This document shows positions 11,092 through 21,284 of a DNA stretch of 64,000 nucleotides, one piece after another. The stretch comes from an uncultured Deinococcaceae bacterium (GTDB lineage: Bacteria; Deinococcota; Deinococci; Deinococcales; Deinococcaceae). Numbering within the stretch: the stretch's first letter is position 1; every line of letters starts with the position of its first letter. The DNA lies in the NCBI GenBank assembly GCA_964252075.1, contig CAXULY010000026.1:17055-81054 (forward strand). The letters are read 5' to 3'. The notes below the pieces were generated by a model. That model saw only the letters and a list, made by a program, of their open reading frames with translations, searched no databases and had not been told where the DNA came from. Both the position numbers and the translations under genes were made by a program.

Positions 11092-12486
11092 GTGACCCGC
11101 GCCGTCAGCCGCCCACCCGCCGGTCGCCTGCGGGCCGCGCCGCTGGTCGCGCTGTGCCTTGGCTTCTTTCTGGTGGTGCTCGACACGACCGTCCTGAACG
11201 TCGCGCTGCCGGACATCGCGCGGCAGCTCGGGGGCGACACAGGCACCCTGCAGTGGATCGTCAACGCGTACACCGTCGTGCTCGCGGGCCTCCTCCTGTC
11301 GGGCGGCGCGCTCGGGGACCGCTTCGGCAGCCGCCGCGTGTACCTCCTGGGCCTCACAGTGTTCACAGCCGCCTCGGTGCTGTGCAGCGCCGCGCAGGCG
11401 ACGGCGGTGCTGCTGGCCGCGCGGGCGCTGCAGGGCGTGGGCGCGGCCCTGCTGCTCCCCACCTCCCTCGCCCTCATCACAGCCCAGTACCCGGACCCCT
11501 CCACGCGCAGCCGCGCGCTCGGCGTGTGGGGCGCGGTGGCGGGCGTCGCCTTCGCGGGCGGCCCCCTGCTGGGCGGCCTGCTCACCAGCGGCCTGGGGTG
11601 GCGCAGCATCTTCCTGCTGAATGTGCCCGCCGGGCTGTGGGCCCTGTGGGCGACGTGGCGGTTCGTGCAGGGCGCGCCAGCCGCGCAGCGCCGGGCGTTC
11701 GACGCGCTCGGCCAGGGCCTCGTGATGGTGGCCCTGGCGAGCCTCACCGCTGGGCTGATCGAGACGAGCAGCCTCGGCGTGCGCGACCCGCGCGTCGTGC
11801 TGGCGCTTGTCCTGGCGGGCGTCCTGCTGACCGCCTTCGTGTGGCACGAACGCCGGACGCGCGCCCCCATGCTGCCCCTGCACCTTTTCACCGTCCCGAG
11901 CTTCTCGCGTGGCGCCGTCGTGGGGTTCGCATTCAACTTCAGCGAGTACGGCCTGCTGTTCGTGCTGTCCCTGACCTTCCAGGGCGCGCATCACCTCACC
12001 GCCCTGCAGGCGGGCCTGGCCTTCGCGCCACTGACCGTCGCGTCCGCCCTCATGACGCTCGCGGGCGGCGCGATGGCCGCCCGCCGCGGACCGAAAGCGC
12101 CCCTGCTGATCGGGCTGCTGCTGATGGGCGCGGGCATCCTCGCCATGGCCACGCCCGCACCCACCCTCGGCGCGCTGTTCTGGGTCGGCATGGTGACGTT
12201 CGGCCTGGGCAGTGGGCTGGCGGTGCCGCCCATGACGGCGCTGGCGCTCGGTCAGGTGCCGGGCGACCTGGCGGGCGTGGGCGCGGCGGCGCTGAACGCC
12301 GCGCGGCAGGTGGGGAGCGTGGTGGGCGTCGCAGCGCTCGGGGCGGCGCTCGCGGCGAGCCGCACGCCCACGGTGCCGCTGGTGCTGGCGGCCCTCGTAT
12401 GCCTTGGTGGGGCCGCCGCCGCGTGGAGCGTGCCCGGCGTCCAGCTGACTGAGCGCGACAAGGTGACGGGGTCACCCGTGGAGTGA
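11092..12486 (+). CDS. MFS efflux transporter, DHA2 (EmrB/QacA) family
   Basis: LDTTVLNVALP, WIVNAY, motif A GALGDRFGSRR, many TM segments; start uncertain (GTG 11092). Confidence 0.88.
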   Translation: MTRAVSRPPAGRLRAAPLVALCLGFFLVVLDTTVLNVALPDIARQLGGDTGTLQWIVNAYTVVLAGLLLSGGALGDRFGSRRVYLLGLTVFTAASVLCSAAQATAVLLAARALQGVGAALLLPTSLALITAQYPDPSTRSRALGVWGAVAGVAFAGGPLLGGLLTSGLGWRSIFLLNVPAGLWALWATWRFVQGAPAAQRRAFDALGQGLVMVALASLTAGLIETSSLGVRDPRVVLALVLAGVLLTAFVWHERRTRAPMLPLHLFTVPSFSRGAVVGFAFNFSEYGLLFVLSLTFQGAHHLTALQAGLAFAPLTVASALMTLAGGAMAARRGPKAPLLIGLLLMGAGILAMATPAPTLGALFWVGMVTFGLGSGLAVPPMTALALGQVPGDLAGVGAAALNAARQVGSVVGVAALGAALAASRTPTVPLVLAALVCLGGAAAAWSVPGVQLTERDKVTGSPVE

Positions 12487-12580
12487 GGACGTGGGGATGA
12501 CGTTCAGCTCGATGGTCGGAGGGCGTCCTCAAGGCGCCTCCCATCCCGCTCCGTCCCGACCGCGATAAGGTAATGGGCAT

Positions 12581-13585
12581 ATGGACGAACGACTTCTCAC
12601 GCGCCTGCGCGAGTCCGGTCAGGATGGCGACATCACGGCCACACTCGAACACGGGGACGCCGCCTTCGCGCTCAGCGCCGCTCAGCTCGGGTACGTGGAC
12701 GCGGCGGGAGCGCGCAGCGTGGCCCTGAGGGACATCAACCGCATTCACAGCGACCGCGACGGCGTGCTGCGCGTCGAGACGCCCGCCGGCACCGCCATCA
12801 CCGCCTCGCTGCTGGGCTTCGACCCGGCGGGCGTGCAGGGCTTCTTCAACGAGGTGCGCGTCGCCACGAACGCCGCGCGTTCCCTGCCGCAGGCGCCGCT
12901 GCCGAAACCCGCGCAGAACGGCCCCTGGAAGACCGGCTGGGGCAGCGCGCCCGCACCCGCACCGGCCCCGCAGGTGGCGCCCACCGAGGCGCCCGTCGCA
13001 GAAGTGCCCGCGCCGGAGTTCGAGGAGTCGGTCCGCGTGATTCCGCGCGACGAGCCGGCAGTGACCACGCTGACGCCCGAGCCGGTCGCGCCGCCCACCG
13101 CGGCCCCCACGCCCGAGCCGAGCCGCCCGGCGGCGAAGCCCGTTGTCATCTCGACGATGCCGCGGTACACGCCGGACCCCGCCCCGAAGGAGAAGGAGGC
13201 GCCCAAGCCCGCGCCCAGCACCCCGCGCGAGCCGAAAGCCAGCAAGCCCACGCCCACCCCGCGCCCCGCGCCCACCAAGGCCCCGCAGGCGCAGGCGCCC
13301 GCGCCCGTTCCTGCCGCGGTGGCCCCGGTGGGGAGCGCCCGCGACCTCGCTTCGCTCGCGGAGAGCGTGGAGCGCCTCACCTCCACCCTGCGGCTGCTCG
13401 CGGTCGCGATGGGCCTCGCGGCGATCCTGGTGGGCGTGCTGCGCTTCCGCGACAATGACGCCGTGACGGGCCTGTGGATTGTGGGCTCCGGTCTGGTCGC
13501 GGCCTTCGCGCTCCTGGTGTTCGCGCAGGTGGCGCGCCTGCTGGTCGGCATGGCGCGGCACATCAGCGGGCCGCGCACGCCGTGA
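12581..13585 (+). CDS. Hypothetical membrane protein: small N-terminal beta domain, Pro/Ala-rich linker, two C-terminal TM helices
   Basis: Composition of ORF; stop overlaps lysK start (GTGA). Confidence 0.7.
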   Translation: MDERLLTRLRESGQDGDITATLEHGDAAFALSAAQLGYVDAAGARSVALRDINRIHSDRDGVLRVETPAGTAITASLLGFDPAGVQGFFNEVRVATNAARSLPQAPLPKPAQNGPWKTGWGSAPAPAPAPQVAPTEAPVAEVPAPEFEESVRVIPRDEPAVTTLTPEPVAPPTAAPTPEPSRPAAKPVVISTMPRYTPDPAPKEKEAPKPAPSTPREPKASKPTPTPRPAPTKAPQAQAPAPVPAAVAPVGSARDLASLAESVERLTSTLRLLAVAMGLAAILVGVLRFRDNDAVTGLWIVGSGLVAAFALLVFAQVARLLVGMARHISGPRTP

Positions 13586-14694
13586 GTGGTACGCCGCCCA
13601 GCGTGGAGGACGCGCGCGACCTGATTGTCTCGGCGGTCCGCGTGCCCTCCGTCTCCGGCGGCGAGGGGCCCGTGGCGCGGCTGCTGGTGGAGTGGATGCG
13701 CGCGCGCGGCTTCCGCGCCGAGGTGGACGCTTCCGGCAGCGCCGTCGGCGTGCGCGGCGACGGCCCGCTCACGGTGGTGTTGCTCGGGCACATCGACACC
13801 GTGCCGGGTGACATTCCCGTGCGGGTGGAGGGCGACCTGTTGTGGGGGCGCGGCAGTGTGGACGCCAAGGGCAGCTTCTGCGCTTTCGTCGCGGCGGTGG
13901 CGGGCCTGCCGAACGCGGCGCTGGCGCGCGCGCGGTTCGTGTGCGTGGGCGCCACCGAGGAGGAGGCGCCGTCCAGCCGCGGCGCGCATCACGCCGTCAC
14001 GGCGCACCAGCCGGACTTCGTGCTGATCGGCGAGCCGAGCGGCTGGGAGGGCCTCACCCTGGGGTACAAGGGCCGCCTCGTGGTGCGCGCCAGCGTGACA
14101 CGCGAGAATTTCCATAGCGCGGGTGAGGGCGCGAGCGCCGCTGACGACCTCACCGAGTTCTGGTTCCGCACGCGCGCGTGGGCGCAGGCGCAGAGCCGCG
14201 AGGAGCTGTCCGGGCAGGTTCAGGCCACCCTTCAGGCGATCTCCAGCGACTCGGACGGCCTGGAGCAGCGCGCGGGCGCCACCATCGGCCTGCGCCTGCC
14301 GCTGCACCTAGGCCCGCAGGCGGCGGAGGCGGCCTTGCGTGAACTCGGCCGGGACCTCCCCGTCACGCTGGAGTTCGTGGGGCACGAGACGGCGGTGCGG
14401 CACGCGCGCGACAACGCCCTCACGCGGGCAATGCGCGTCGCGATCCGCGCGCAGGGCGGCACGCCGCTTTTCAAGTTCAAGTCCGGGACCAGCGACATGA
14501 ACGTCGTGGCGCCGCACTGGCCCGTGCCGACCCTCGCGTACGGACCGGGGGACAGCGGCCTCGACCACACGCCGCACGAGCACCTGGACCTCACGGAGTA
14601 CGACCGGGCGGTGGCGGTGCTGCGCGCCGCGCTCACGCGCCTCACGGGGGTGGAGGAGGACCGCACGGCGCCTGCGGGCCACTCATCGAACTGA
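13582..14694 (+). CDS. lysK: [LysW]-lysine hydrolase (M20 peptidase)
   Basis: [48 protein letters not shown]. Confidence 0.9.
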   Translation: MSGTPPSVEDARDLIVSAVRVPSVSGGEGPVARLLVEWMRARGFRAEVDASGSAVGVRGDGPLTVVLLGHIDTVPGDIPVRVEGDLLWGRGSVDAKGSFCAFVAAVAGLPNAALARARFVCVGATEEEAPSSRGAHHAVTAHQPDFVLIGEPSGWEGLTLGYKGRLVVRASVTRENFHSAGEGASAADDLTEFWFRTRAWAQAQSREELSGQVQATLQAISSDSDGLEQRAGATIGLRLPLHLGPQAAEAALRELGRDLPVTLEFVGHETAVRHARDNALTRAMRVAIRAQGGTPLFKFKSGTSDMNVVAPHWPVPTLAYGPGDSGLDHTPHEHLDLTEYDRAVAVLRAALTRLTGVEEDRTAPAGHSSN

Positions 14695-14730
14695 CAGGAC
14701 GCGGCGGCTCGACTTGCTAGACTACCCGGC

Positions 14731-14910
14731 ATGAACAAGGCCGCCTCTGACTCCGCCGCCCACACGCCGCCCCCGGCCACGCAGACCGTGATTGTCGTGG
14801 CTGTCGCGGTGGGCACCCTGGTGGGCATCGGTGTCTCGCTGTGGATCCTGAACCGCGCCGCGCGGCGCGCCGCCGCCCTGGAAGACCCGGACGCCCCACT
14901 GTTCGTCTGA
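14731..14910 (+). CDS. 59-aa single-pass membrane protein (not in ORF track)
   Basis: MNKAASDSAAHTPPPATQTVIVVAVAVGTLVGIGVSLWILNRAARRAAALEDPDAPLFV; TAGACT 7 nt upstream of ATG; terminator downstream. Confidence 0.7.
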   Translation: MNKAASDSAAHTPPPATQTVIVVAVAVGTLVGIGVSLWILNRAARRAAALEDPDAPLFV

Positions 14911-14925
14911 GGGCAGAGATGAGGG

Positions 14926-14952
14926 AAGGGCGGTCCGGTGACCGCCCTTTTT
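14926..14952 (+). terminator. Intrinsic terminator
   Basis: AAGGGCGGTC-cggt-GACCGCCCTT followed by T-run. Confidence 0.75.
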
Positions 14953-14964
14953 CGTCGCGGGGCG

Positions 14965-16284
14965 TCAGCGCGCGCGGCCCGGCGGGTCACCGGGCGTGGC
15001 GGGCCGCGCGACGCGCGTGGGGAGTTTCGCCCACAGCAGCGCCACGCACAGGAGGCCCAGCAGCACCACCACGCCCAGCCCGACGGTGGGGCCCAGGCCG
15101 CTCTTCACGTCGATGAGGCGGCTCACCAGCACCGCGCCGGGGGGACCCATGCCGTTCAGCACGAAGGTGTACACGCTCATCACGCGGCCCCGCAGCTGGT
15201 CCGGCAGGCTCAGCTGCACGGTGGAGTTCGCGCTGATGAGAAGACTCAGCATCCCGAAACCGCAGGCGGCCAGCACGGGCGCCGCCCACAGGGGGTTCCC
15301 GACGAAGGCCAGCGCGGCGGTCGCGGCGAGCAGCAGCACGCTGCCCAGCCGCAGGTTGCGCGCGGGGTTGGGCTTCGCGGCCTGCCACAGCGCGCCCACC
15401 ATGGCGCCCGCACCGAAGGCCGCGTTCAGCCCGCCGAAGGCCGCCTCGCGCAGGCCGTACACGGCGCGCGCGAAGTACGGGATAATCACGTTGAAGTTGA
15501 TGACCGTGAGGCTCAGCAGGCCCACCAGCAGCATGGTGTAGAGCACCGCCGGGGTGCGGCGCACGTACCGCAGGCCCTCCGCGATGTCCGTCAGCATGTG
15601 GGACTGCCCGGCGCGCGGTTCGCGCGTGGGGAAGGGCAGCGCGTGAATCACGAAGATCACGTAGATGTACGACGCCACATCGAGGTAGAAGGGCAGCGCC
15701 AGCCCGGCGACCGCGCCGTCCCGCCCGTTCGCCAGGAGCGCCGTCCCGACCGCCGCGATCAGTCCGAACACCGCCTGCCCCAGCGTGCGGGACACGTTGA
15801 ACGAGAGCGAGTTGAGCGCCACGGCGTTCGCGACGTCGCTGCGCGGCACGAAGTCCGCGACCATGCTCTGGCGGGCGGGCATGTCGAAGGCGTTCGCGGT
15901 GCCCGCGACAGCCGCGAGCGCCACCACCAGCGGCAGGCTGACGAAGCCGAGGTGCGTGGCGAGCCCAAGGATCAGTGACGTGAAGAGCAGCACGGTCTGC
16001 GTGATGAGCAGCACGCTGCGCCGCGACACGCGGTCAATGATTGCCCCCGCGAAGAGGGAGAACAGAAGCGTGGGGGCGAACTGCACGGCGCTCACCCACC
16101 CGAGGGCCGCCGCGTTGTTGTGCGTGAGTTCCAGCACGAGGTACGCCTGGGCGGTGCGCTGCACCCAGGAGCCGATCACGCTGGCCAGCTGTGCGAACCA
16201 GTAACGCCTGAAGGCCGGGGCGCGCAGCGCGCGGAACGTCGCGTTTCCCCAGGTCTGCGCGCGCTGCACCCAAAGCGTCGCCAT
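14965..16284 (-). CDS. MFS transporter (MFS_3-like)
   Basis: AQLASVIGSWVQ, GAIIDRVSRR, AFDMPARQS, RGRVMSVY; TAAGCT 6 nt upstream of ATG. Confidence 0.88.
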   Translation of the reverse strand: MATLWVQRAQTWGNATFRALRAPAFRRYWFAQLASVIGSWVQRTAQAYLVLELTHNNAAALGWVSAVQFAPTLLFSLFAGAIIDRVSRRSVLLITQTVLLFTSLILGLATHLGFVSLPLVVALAAVAGTANAFDMPARQSMVADFVPRSDVANAVALNSLSFNVSRTLGQAVFGLIAAVGTALLANGRDGAVAGLALPFYLDVASYIYVIFVIHALPFPTREPRAGQSHMLTDIAEGLRYVRRTPAVLYTMLLVGLLSLTVINFNVIIPYFARAVYGLREAAFGGLNAAFGAGAMVGALWQAAKPNPARNLRLGSVLLLAATAALAFVGNPLWAAPVLAACGFGMLSLLISANSTVQLSLPDQLRGRVMSVYTFVLNGMGPPGAVLVSRLIDVKSGLGPTVGLGVVVLLGLLCVALLWAKLPTRVARPATPGDPPGRAR

Positions 16285-16414
16285 GCGCAAAGCTTACGCG
16301 CCTTCGCGCCCAGCGTGGGTTTTTTCGGACACGCTTGCGGCAAAGTGCGTGTTACACTCTCGGGGACAGTTCAGCCGCACCCCTGCTGCCCCCCTTTTCA
16401 TTCACGAGGTCGCC

Positions 16415-17650
16415 TTGAAGGTTTTGTTCCTCTCCGTCAGCCTGGCCCTGCTGGGCAGCGCCCTGGCTGAACGCATCGAGTACCGCGTCCAGAAGGGCGA
16501 CACGGCGTACAGCATCGCCAAGCGGTACGGCCTGAGCGTGGACGCGCTCATGACGCTCAACAACCTCACGGACAGCGGCGTGAAGGTCGGGCAGCTGCTG
16601 GTGCTAGACGCTGTCAGCGCCGCGCCTGCCCCGGCGCCCGCGCCGGCGGTGGCCCTCATCGACATGCCGTTCGAGGCGGTCGCGCCGGGCGCGGCGCACG
16701 TGACGCTCGGCGCCCCCACCGCCCTGCGCGCCGCGGCGACTGCGCCCACCCCGGCGCCCGTCGCGGTCGCGATCACGTCCCCGGTGCGCGCCGACCTCGC
16801 GCAGGCGAAGCGGTATCAGGTGGTGCGCGGGGACACGGCCTTCAGCATCTCGAAGCGCTTTGGCCTGAGCGTGGACGCCCTGATGGCCCTCAACCACCTG
16901 ACCGACAGCGGCGTGAAGGTGGGTCAGTGGCTCAGCGTGGGCGCGCAGGACGCGACCCCCGTGCCGGTGACGGCTGTGGTCACGCCCGTGCTCACGCCAC
17001 AGGTGGTGACGCCGGGGCCCAGCATCGTCGTGACGCCGCTGACGCCCGTGCAGGCCGCCGTCCAGCCTGCCCCCGCGCCACTGCCGCAGCCCATGCTGCC
17101 GCAGCCCGCCCAGCCAGCCGCGCCCGTTGCCGTCACCACGGAGCCCGCCAGCGTTGGCCTGGGGGACGCGACGGGCGTCGCGCTGGTCACTTCGGGCCCG
17201 CCGGGCAGCGTGCGGCAGCGCCTCTCACACCTGCTGGGCGTGCCGTACCTGTACGGCGGGACGACCGCGCAGGGCGTGGACTGCAGCGGTCTGGTGCTGC
17301 AGGTGCTCGCCCCCATGGGCGTGAGCCTGCCGCGCCGCAGCGCCGATCAGTTCGGCGCGGGCGTGTTCGTGGACCGCGCCGCCCTTCAGGAGGGCGACCT
17401 GGTGTTCTTCGACACCGAGGGGCGCGGGCAGGTCACCCACGTGGGCATCTACGTCGGAGACGACTTCTTCGCGCACGCGAACTCCTACGACGGGCGGGTG
17501 ACGGTCAACCGGCTGTCCGAGCGGTACTACGCCACCCGGTACCTGGGGGCGCGGCGCGTGCTGGGCGCGCAGGCGAGCGCGCCCGCACCGGCGGCCCCTC
17601 AGCCGGGCAACACCTGGACGCTGACCTCTTCACCCTCCGGCAGCCGGTAG
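16415..17650 (+). CDS. Secreted LysM x2 + NlpC/P60 peptidoglycan endopeptidase
   Basis: GAGG RBS and TTG start; signal peptide; two LysM repeats; PYLYGG, DCSG, HVGIY. Confidence 0.9.
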   Translation: MKVLFLSVSLALLGSALAERIEYRVQKGDTAYSIAKRYGLSVDALMTLNNLTDSGVKVGQLLVLDAVSAAPAPAPAPAVALIDMPFEAVAPGAAHVTLGAPTALRAAATAPTPAPVAVAITSPVRADLAQAKRYQVVRGDTAFSISKRFGLSVDALMALNHLTDSGVKVGQWLSVGAQDATPVPVTAVVTPVLTPQVVTPGPSIVVTPLTPVQAAVQPAPAPLPQPMLPQPAQPAAPVAVTTEPASVGLGDATGVALVTSGPPGSVRQRLSHLLGVPYLYGGTTAQGVDCSGLVLQVLAPMGVSLPRRSADQFGAGVFVDRAALQEGDLVFFDTEGRGQVTHVGIYVGDDFFAHANSYDGRVTVNRLSERYYATRYLGARRVLGAQASAPAPAAPQPGNTWTLTSSPSGSR

Positions 17651-17991
17651 GCGCGCAACTCACGCCCCACGGGGTCGAGGATCAGGTACGGCACTGGGTA
17701 CGCGGCGAGCGCGCGGTCCGTGCCGCTGGGGCGCGCGGGCCCGCGCGGGTGTGAGTGGTAGATGCCGAGCAGCGTGAGGCCCTCGCGGTCCATCGCGCGG
17801 AAGGCGCGCAGCAGTTCGAGGGCGTCCGCGCGGTAGGCGCGCTCCGGGTCGAGCGCCGTGTTCGTGAGGGGGTACACCGTGCGCACGTGGTCGCCCCTTC
17901 CGCCCAGCAGGCCCACGCACTCGCGCGGCATGGCGTCCTGCGCCTGCGCCCAGAGGCGCGCGAGCAGCGGGGCGGGCAGGCCGAGCGGCAT
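17599..17991 (-). CDS. JAMM/MPN+ (M67) metalloprotease
   Basis: PRECVGLL and JAMM motif YHSHP-x5-PS-xx-D. Confidence 0.88.
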   Translation of the reverse strand: MPLGLPAPLLARLWAQAQDAMPRECVGLLGGRGDHVRTVYPLTNTALDPERAYRADALELLRAFRAMDREGLTLLGIYHSHPRGPARPSGTDRALAAYPVPYLILDPVGRELRAYRLPEGEEVSVQVLPG

Positions 17992-18069
17992 GACCCATTA
18001 CAGCAGAGTTTGCTCCTGGCGCGCAAAAACGCCAGTGTGGGCGCGAATTTGCTGTTGTACACTGCAATT

Positions 18070-21000
18070 ATGGCGACCAAGCGGCCCTCCGTGACCCGAA
18101 CCACCCCGAGCAAGGCAGCGACCAGACGCCGCGCCAAGCGCGGCCTCCCCGCCTCCCGTTTCGACGGTGAGGCGCTGGGTCTGGTGCTGTTCGCGCTGGG
18201 CATCTTCCTTGCGGTGACGGTCGCGCTGCGCCCGGCGGGAGACGGCGTGATGGCGCGCCTGCACCACCCGCTGCTGGTGTGGCTGGACTGGGGGGCGTGG
18301 CTGCTGCCGCTCGCGCCGCTGTGTTACGGCGTGCTGGTCTTCCTCGGGCGGGACCTCGCGGGCCTCACGCGCCGTGTGCTGGGGGCAACGCTGGTGGCGC
18401 TGTCCCTGCTGGGCCTCGCGGCGGTGTTCATGCCGGACCAGGCGGGTCAGCTGGCCGTGAACCTCATGCGGCCCCTCATGCGGACGGTGGGGGTCGCGGC
18501 GGCCCTGCTGCCGCTGCTGCTGCTCAGCCTGGGCGTGGAGATTATTCTGGCGCGCGCGCCCTTCTCCCTCGCGAAGGGGTTCTTTCGGGCGCTGAGCATG
18601 GCGTCCATGGGCGCGGTGCTGTGGGGGCGCGACCTGCTGGCCGCACGCCACGAGGGCCAGGAGCGGGCGCGGGCGCGCGCGTCGCTGCGCGGTGAGCTGA
18701 GCGCGCATCTGCGCGACCTGCTGGCGCTGGAGAAGCTGTACCCGCAGGCGCGCGAGCTGCGCGGGTACCACGCGGACACCCGCGACGCCCTGCGCACCCT
18801 CGGGAGCCTCGACGAGGAGGGCGTCACGCACGTCGCAGCGGACCTCGCGAGCTGGCGGGAGGTGGCGCGCGGCTTCGTGATGAGCGCCGCGCAGGACCTC
18901 GCGGCGCGCGTGGACGCGGAAGCGCCCGCGCTCAGCACGGAGCTGGAGGCGCGGCAGGCGGACGTGAAGGGCGGCCGTCACGAACTCAGCGTGGGGCTCA
19001 ACGCCACCATGGCGAGCGCCGCATTGGAACGTGTGCGCCGCGCGCTCGTGATGGACCTCACGCGCCTGACGGGACGCGCCGCGACGCTGGAACGCGAGCG
19101 CGTGCGCGCCCTGAAGGCCCTGGAGAAGGCGGACGCGCAGGTGCTCGCGCGCGAACTGCCCGCCTCCGAGGCGCGCGCAGAGGCGTGGGCGGTGTGGCTG
19201 GAGGCCGCGCAGGACTGGAGCGCGCGCGAGGCCGTGTACCCCGGCTGGCCGGACCTCGCGGTGCGCTTTGACCGCGCGCCGTCCGAACTGGCGGCGGCGC
19301 TCGCGCAGGCCCTGGAGTCCGACGCGGACACCGCCCTGCGCGAGCGTGACGCGTGGGAGCGCCGCCTGGAGGAAGGCATGCGACTTGCCGCGCAGACGCC
19401 CACGCCCGCGCCGGTCGTGGCCTCGCCCCCTCCCCTGCTGGACCTGAGCTTCGATGCGGCGCTCGACCCACAGGAACCCGAGACGGCGGTGGCCCTGCCC
19501 CCTGCCCCAGAAGAACAGTCCGTGGAACCGGTGGCGCACGAGGTACCCGTGGCGCCCGCGCAGGTGACGGTGCTGGCCCCCACGCCCGCGCCGATCACAA
19601 GAGCGCCCGCCGTGATGCCGTGGGAGGACGACGACACCCCTTCAGAGCCCATTGCGCCGCGCCCCGCGGTGGGCGCCCTGGACCTTGCGCTGCCCGGCCT
19701 GGACACCCTTGACCCCATTCCGCTGAGCGCGCTGAACACCACGGCGCTCGACATCTCCGCGCGGCAGCGGGCGGGCGTCATCAACGAGACGCTCGCGCAC
19801 TTCGGGCTGTCCGGGAAGGTCGTGGATCACGCGCGCGGCCCGACCGTCACGCGCTACGAGATCGAGCCCGCGCCGGGTGAGAAGATCTCGCGCATCGCGA
19901 GCCTCGCGAATGACCTCGCGCGCGCCCTCGCGGTGGGCGGCGTGCGCGTGGAGGCGCCCGTGCCCGGCAAGAGCGTGATCGGTCTGGAGGTGCCGAACGC
20001 GGAGCGCGAGCCCGTGACCTTCCACGCGGCGGCGCTCAGCCCGGCCTTCAAGCAGACGCGCGCGCGCCTCCCGATCATCCTCGGGAAGAGCATTGACGGC
20101 GAGATGCTGGTGGGCGACCTCGTGAAGATGCCGCACCTGCTGATCGCTGGCTCTACGGGCTCCGGGAAGTCCGTGTGCGTGAACACCCTCATCACGAGCC
20201 TGCTCTTCAAGTACCTGCCGACCGAACTGCGCTTCCTGATGGTGGACCCCAAGATGGTGGAGCTCACCCCATACGACGGCATCCCGCACCTCGTGCGCGG
20301 CGTCGTCACCAACCCCGTGGATGCGGCAGGCGTGCTGCTGGGCGCGGTCGCGCACATGGAGCGGCGCTACAAGATGATGTCGCAGGTCGGCGCGAAGAAC
20401 CTCGAGCAGTTCAACGCGAAGATGCGCCTTGCGGGCGAGCCGGAACTGCCGCACCTCGTCATCATCATTGACGAGCTCGCGGACCTCATGATCACCAGCC
20501 CGAAGGAAGTGGAGAGCGCCATCATGCGCCTCGCGCAGATGGCGCGCGCGACAGGCATGCACCTCGTGCTGGCCACGCAGCGCCCCAGCGTGGACATCCT
20601 GACGAGCCTCATCAAGGTAAACGTGCCGGCGCGCATCGCGTTCGCGGTAAGTTCCAGTCACGACTCCCGCACCATTCTGGACACCATGGGCGCCGAGCGC
20701 CTCACGGGCATGGGGGACATGCTGTTCTACCAGCCGGGCCTCGTGAAGCCCATGCGCCTGCAGGGGCCGTACATCAGCGAGGTGGAGACCGCGCGCATCA
20801 CGGAACTGCTGCGCCGCATGGTGTTCGACGACTGGTTCGCGGACACCTACGGCACGGACTTCGACGGCGCGATCGAGGCGGGCGGGCCGAGCCTGGACAA
20901 GGGCAACATGGATTTCTCCGATCCGTTCCTGCGTCAGGCGGCCGCGATCTGCATTGAGGAGGGCCAGGGCAGCGTGTCGCGCCTGCAGCGCCGCCTGAGC

Positions 21001-21132
21001 GTGGGGCACGCCCGTGCGGGCAAGCTGATGGACATGCTGGAGGCGATGGGCATCGTGAGCAAGCACCAGGGCAGCAAGCCGCGCGAGGTGCTCATCACGC
21101 AGGACCAGCTGCCGGAGTACTTCGGCCGCTGA
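18070..21132 (+). CDS. ftsK: DNA translocase FtsK
   Basis: N-terminal TM segments, [34 protein letters not shown], gamma domain [19 protein letters not shown] 6 nt upstream of ATG 18070. Confidence 0.95.
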   Translation: MATKRPSVTRTTPSKAATRRRAKRGLPASRFDGEALGLVLFALGIFLAVTVALRPAGDGVMARLHHPLLVWLDWGAWLLPLAPLCYGVLVFLGRDLAGLTRRVLGATLVALSLLGLAAVFMPDQAGQLAVNLMRPLMRTVGVAAALLPLLLLSLGVEIILARAPFSLAKGFFRALSMASMGAVLWGRDLLAARHEGQERARARASLRGELSAHLRDLLALEKLYPQARELRGYHADTRDALRTLGSLDEEGVTHVAADLASWREVARGFVMSAAQDLAARVDAEAPALSTELEARQADVKGGRHELSVGLNATMASAALERVRRALVMDLTRLTGRAATLERERVRALKALEKADAQVLARELPASEARAEAWAVWLEAAQDWSAREAVYPGWPDLAVRFDRAPSELAAALAQALESDADTALRERDAWERRLEEGMRLAAQTPTPAPVVASPPPLLDLSFDAALDPQEPETAVALPPAPEEQSVEPVAHEVPVAPAQVTVLAPTPAPITRAPAVMPWEDDDTPSEPIAPRPAVGALDLALPGLDTLDPIPLSALNTTALDISARQRAGVINETLAHFGLSGKVVDHARGPTVTRYEIEPAPGEKISRIASLANDLARALAVGGVRVEAPVPGKSVIGLEVPNAEREPVTFHAAALSPAFKQTRARLPIILGKSIDGEMLVGDLVKMPHLLIAGSTGSGKSVCVNTLITSLLFKYLPTELRFLMVDPKMVELTPYDGIPHLVRGVVTNPVDAAGVLLGAVAHMERRYKMMSQVGAKNLEQFNAKMRLAGEPELPHLVIIIDELADLMITSPKEVESAIMRLAQMARATGMHLVLATQRPSVDILTSLIKVNVPARIAFAVSSSHDSRTILDTMGAERLTGMGDMLFYQPGLVKPMRLQGPYISEVETARITELLRRMVFDDWFADTYGTDFDGAIEAGGPSLDKGNMDFSDPFLRQAAAICIEEGQGSVSRLQRRLSVGHARAGKLMDMLEAMGIVSKHQGSKPREVLITQDQLPEYFGR

Positions 21133-21284
21133 GGCGCCCGCGCGAAGCATCAAGAACGCCCGAAGGACCAGGGCGCCCCATGGCCGCGCGGCAGACATTG
21201 CGCTGGCAGGCCGTGTGGTAGACTTCCCTTGCTCTCGGAGGCCCGACGCGCGATGCGCGGTGCCCCGTGATCCACAGGTGCTGA

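Noticed and set aside
17599..17991. JAMM gene as part of a CBASS or ubiquitin-like anti-phage system
   Set aside because: No cyclase, E1/E2 or effector genes nearby. Flanked by housekeeping genes.
17755..18069. ORF-track N-terminal extension of FtsK (similar cases for recJ 37109, lysJ 46664, MFS 10183, infB 30724, trpC 27297)
   Set aside because: Extensions run over neighbouring genes. Better starts with a -10 box, RBS or stop-start overlap exist downstream.
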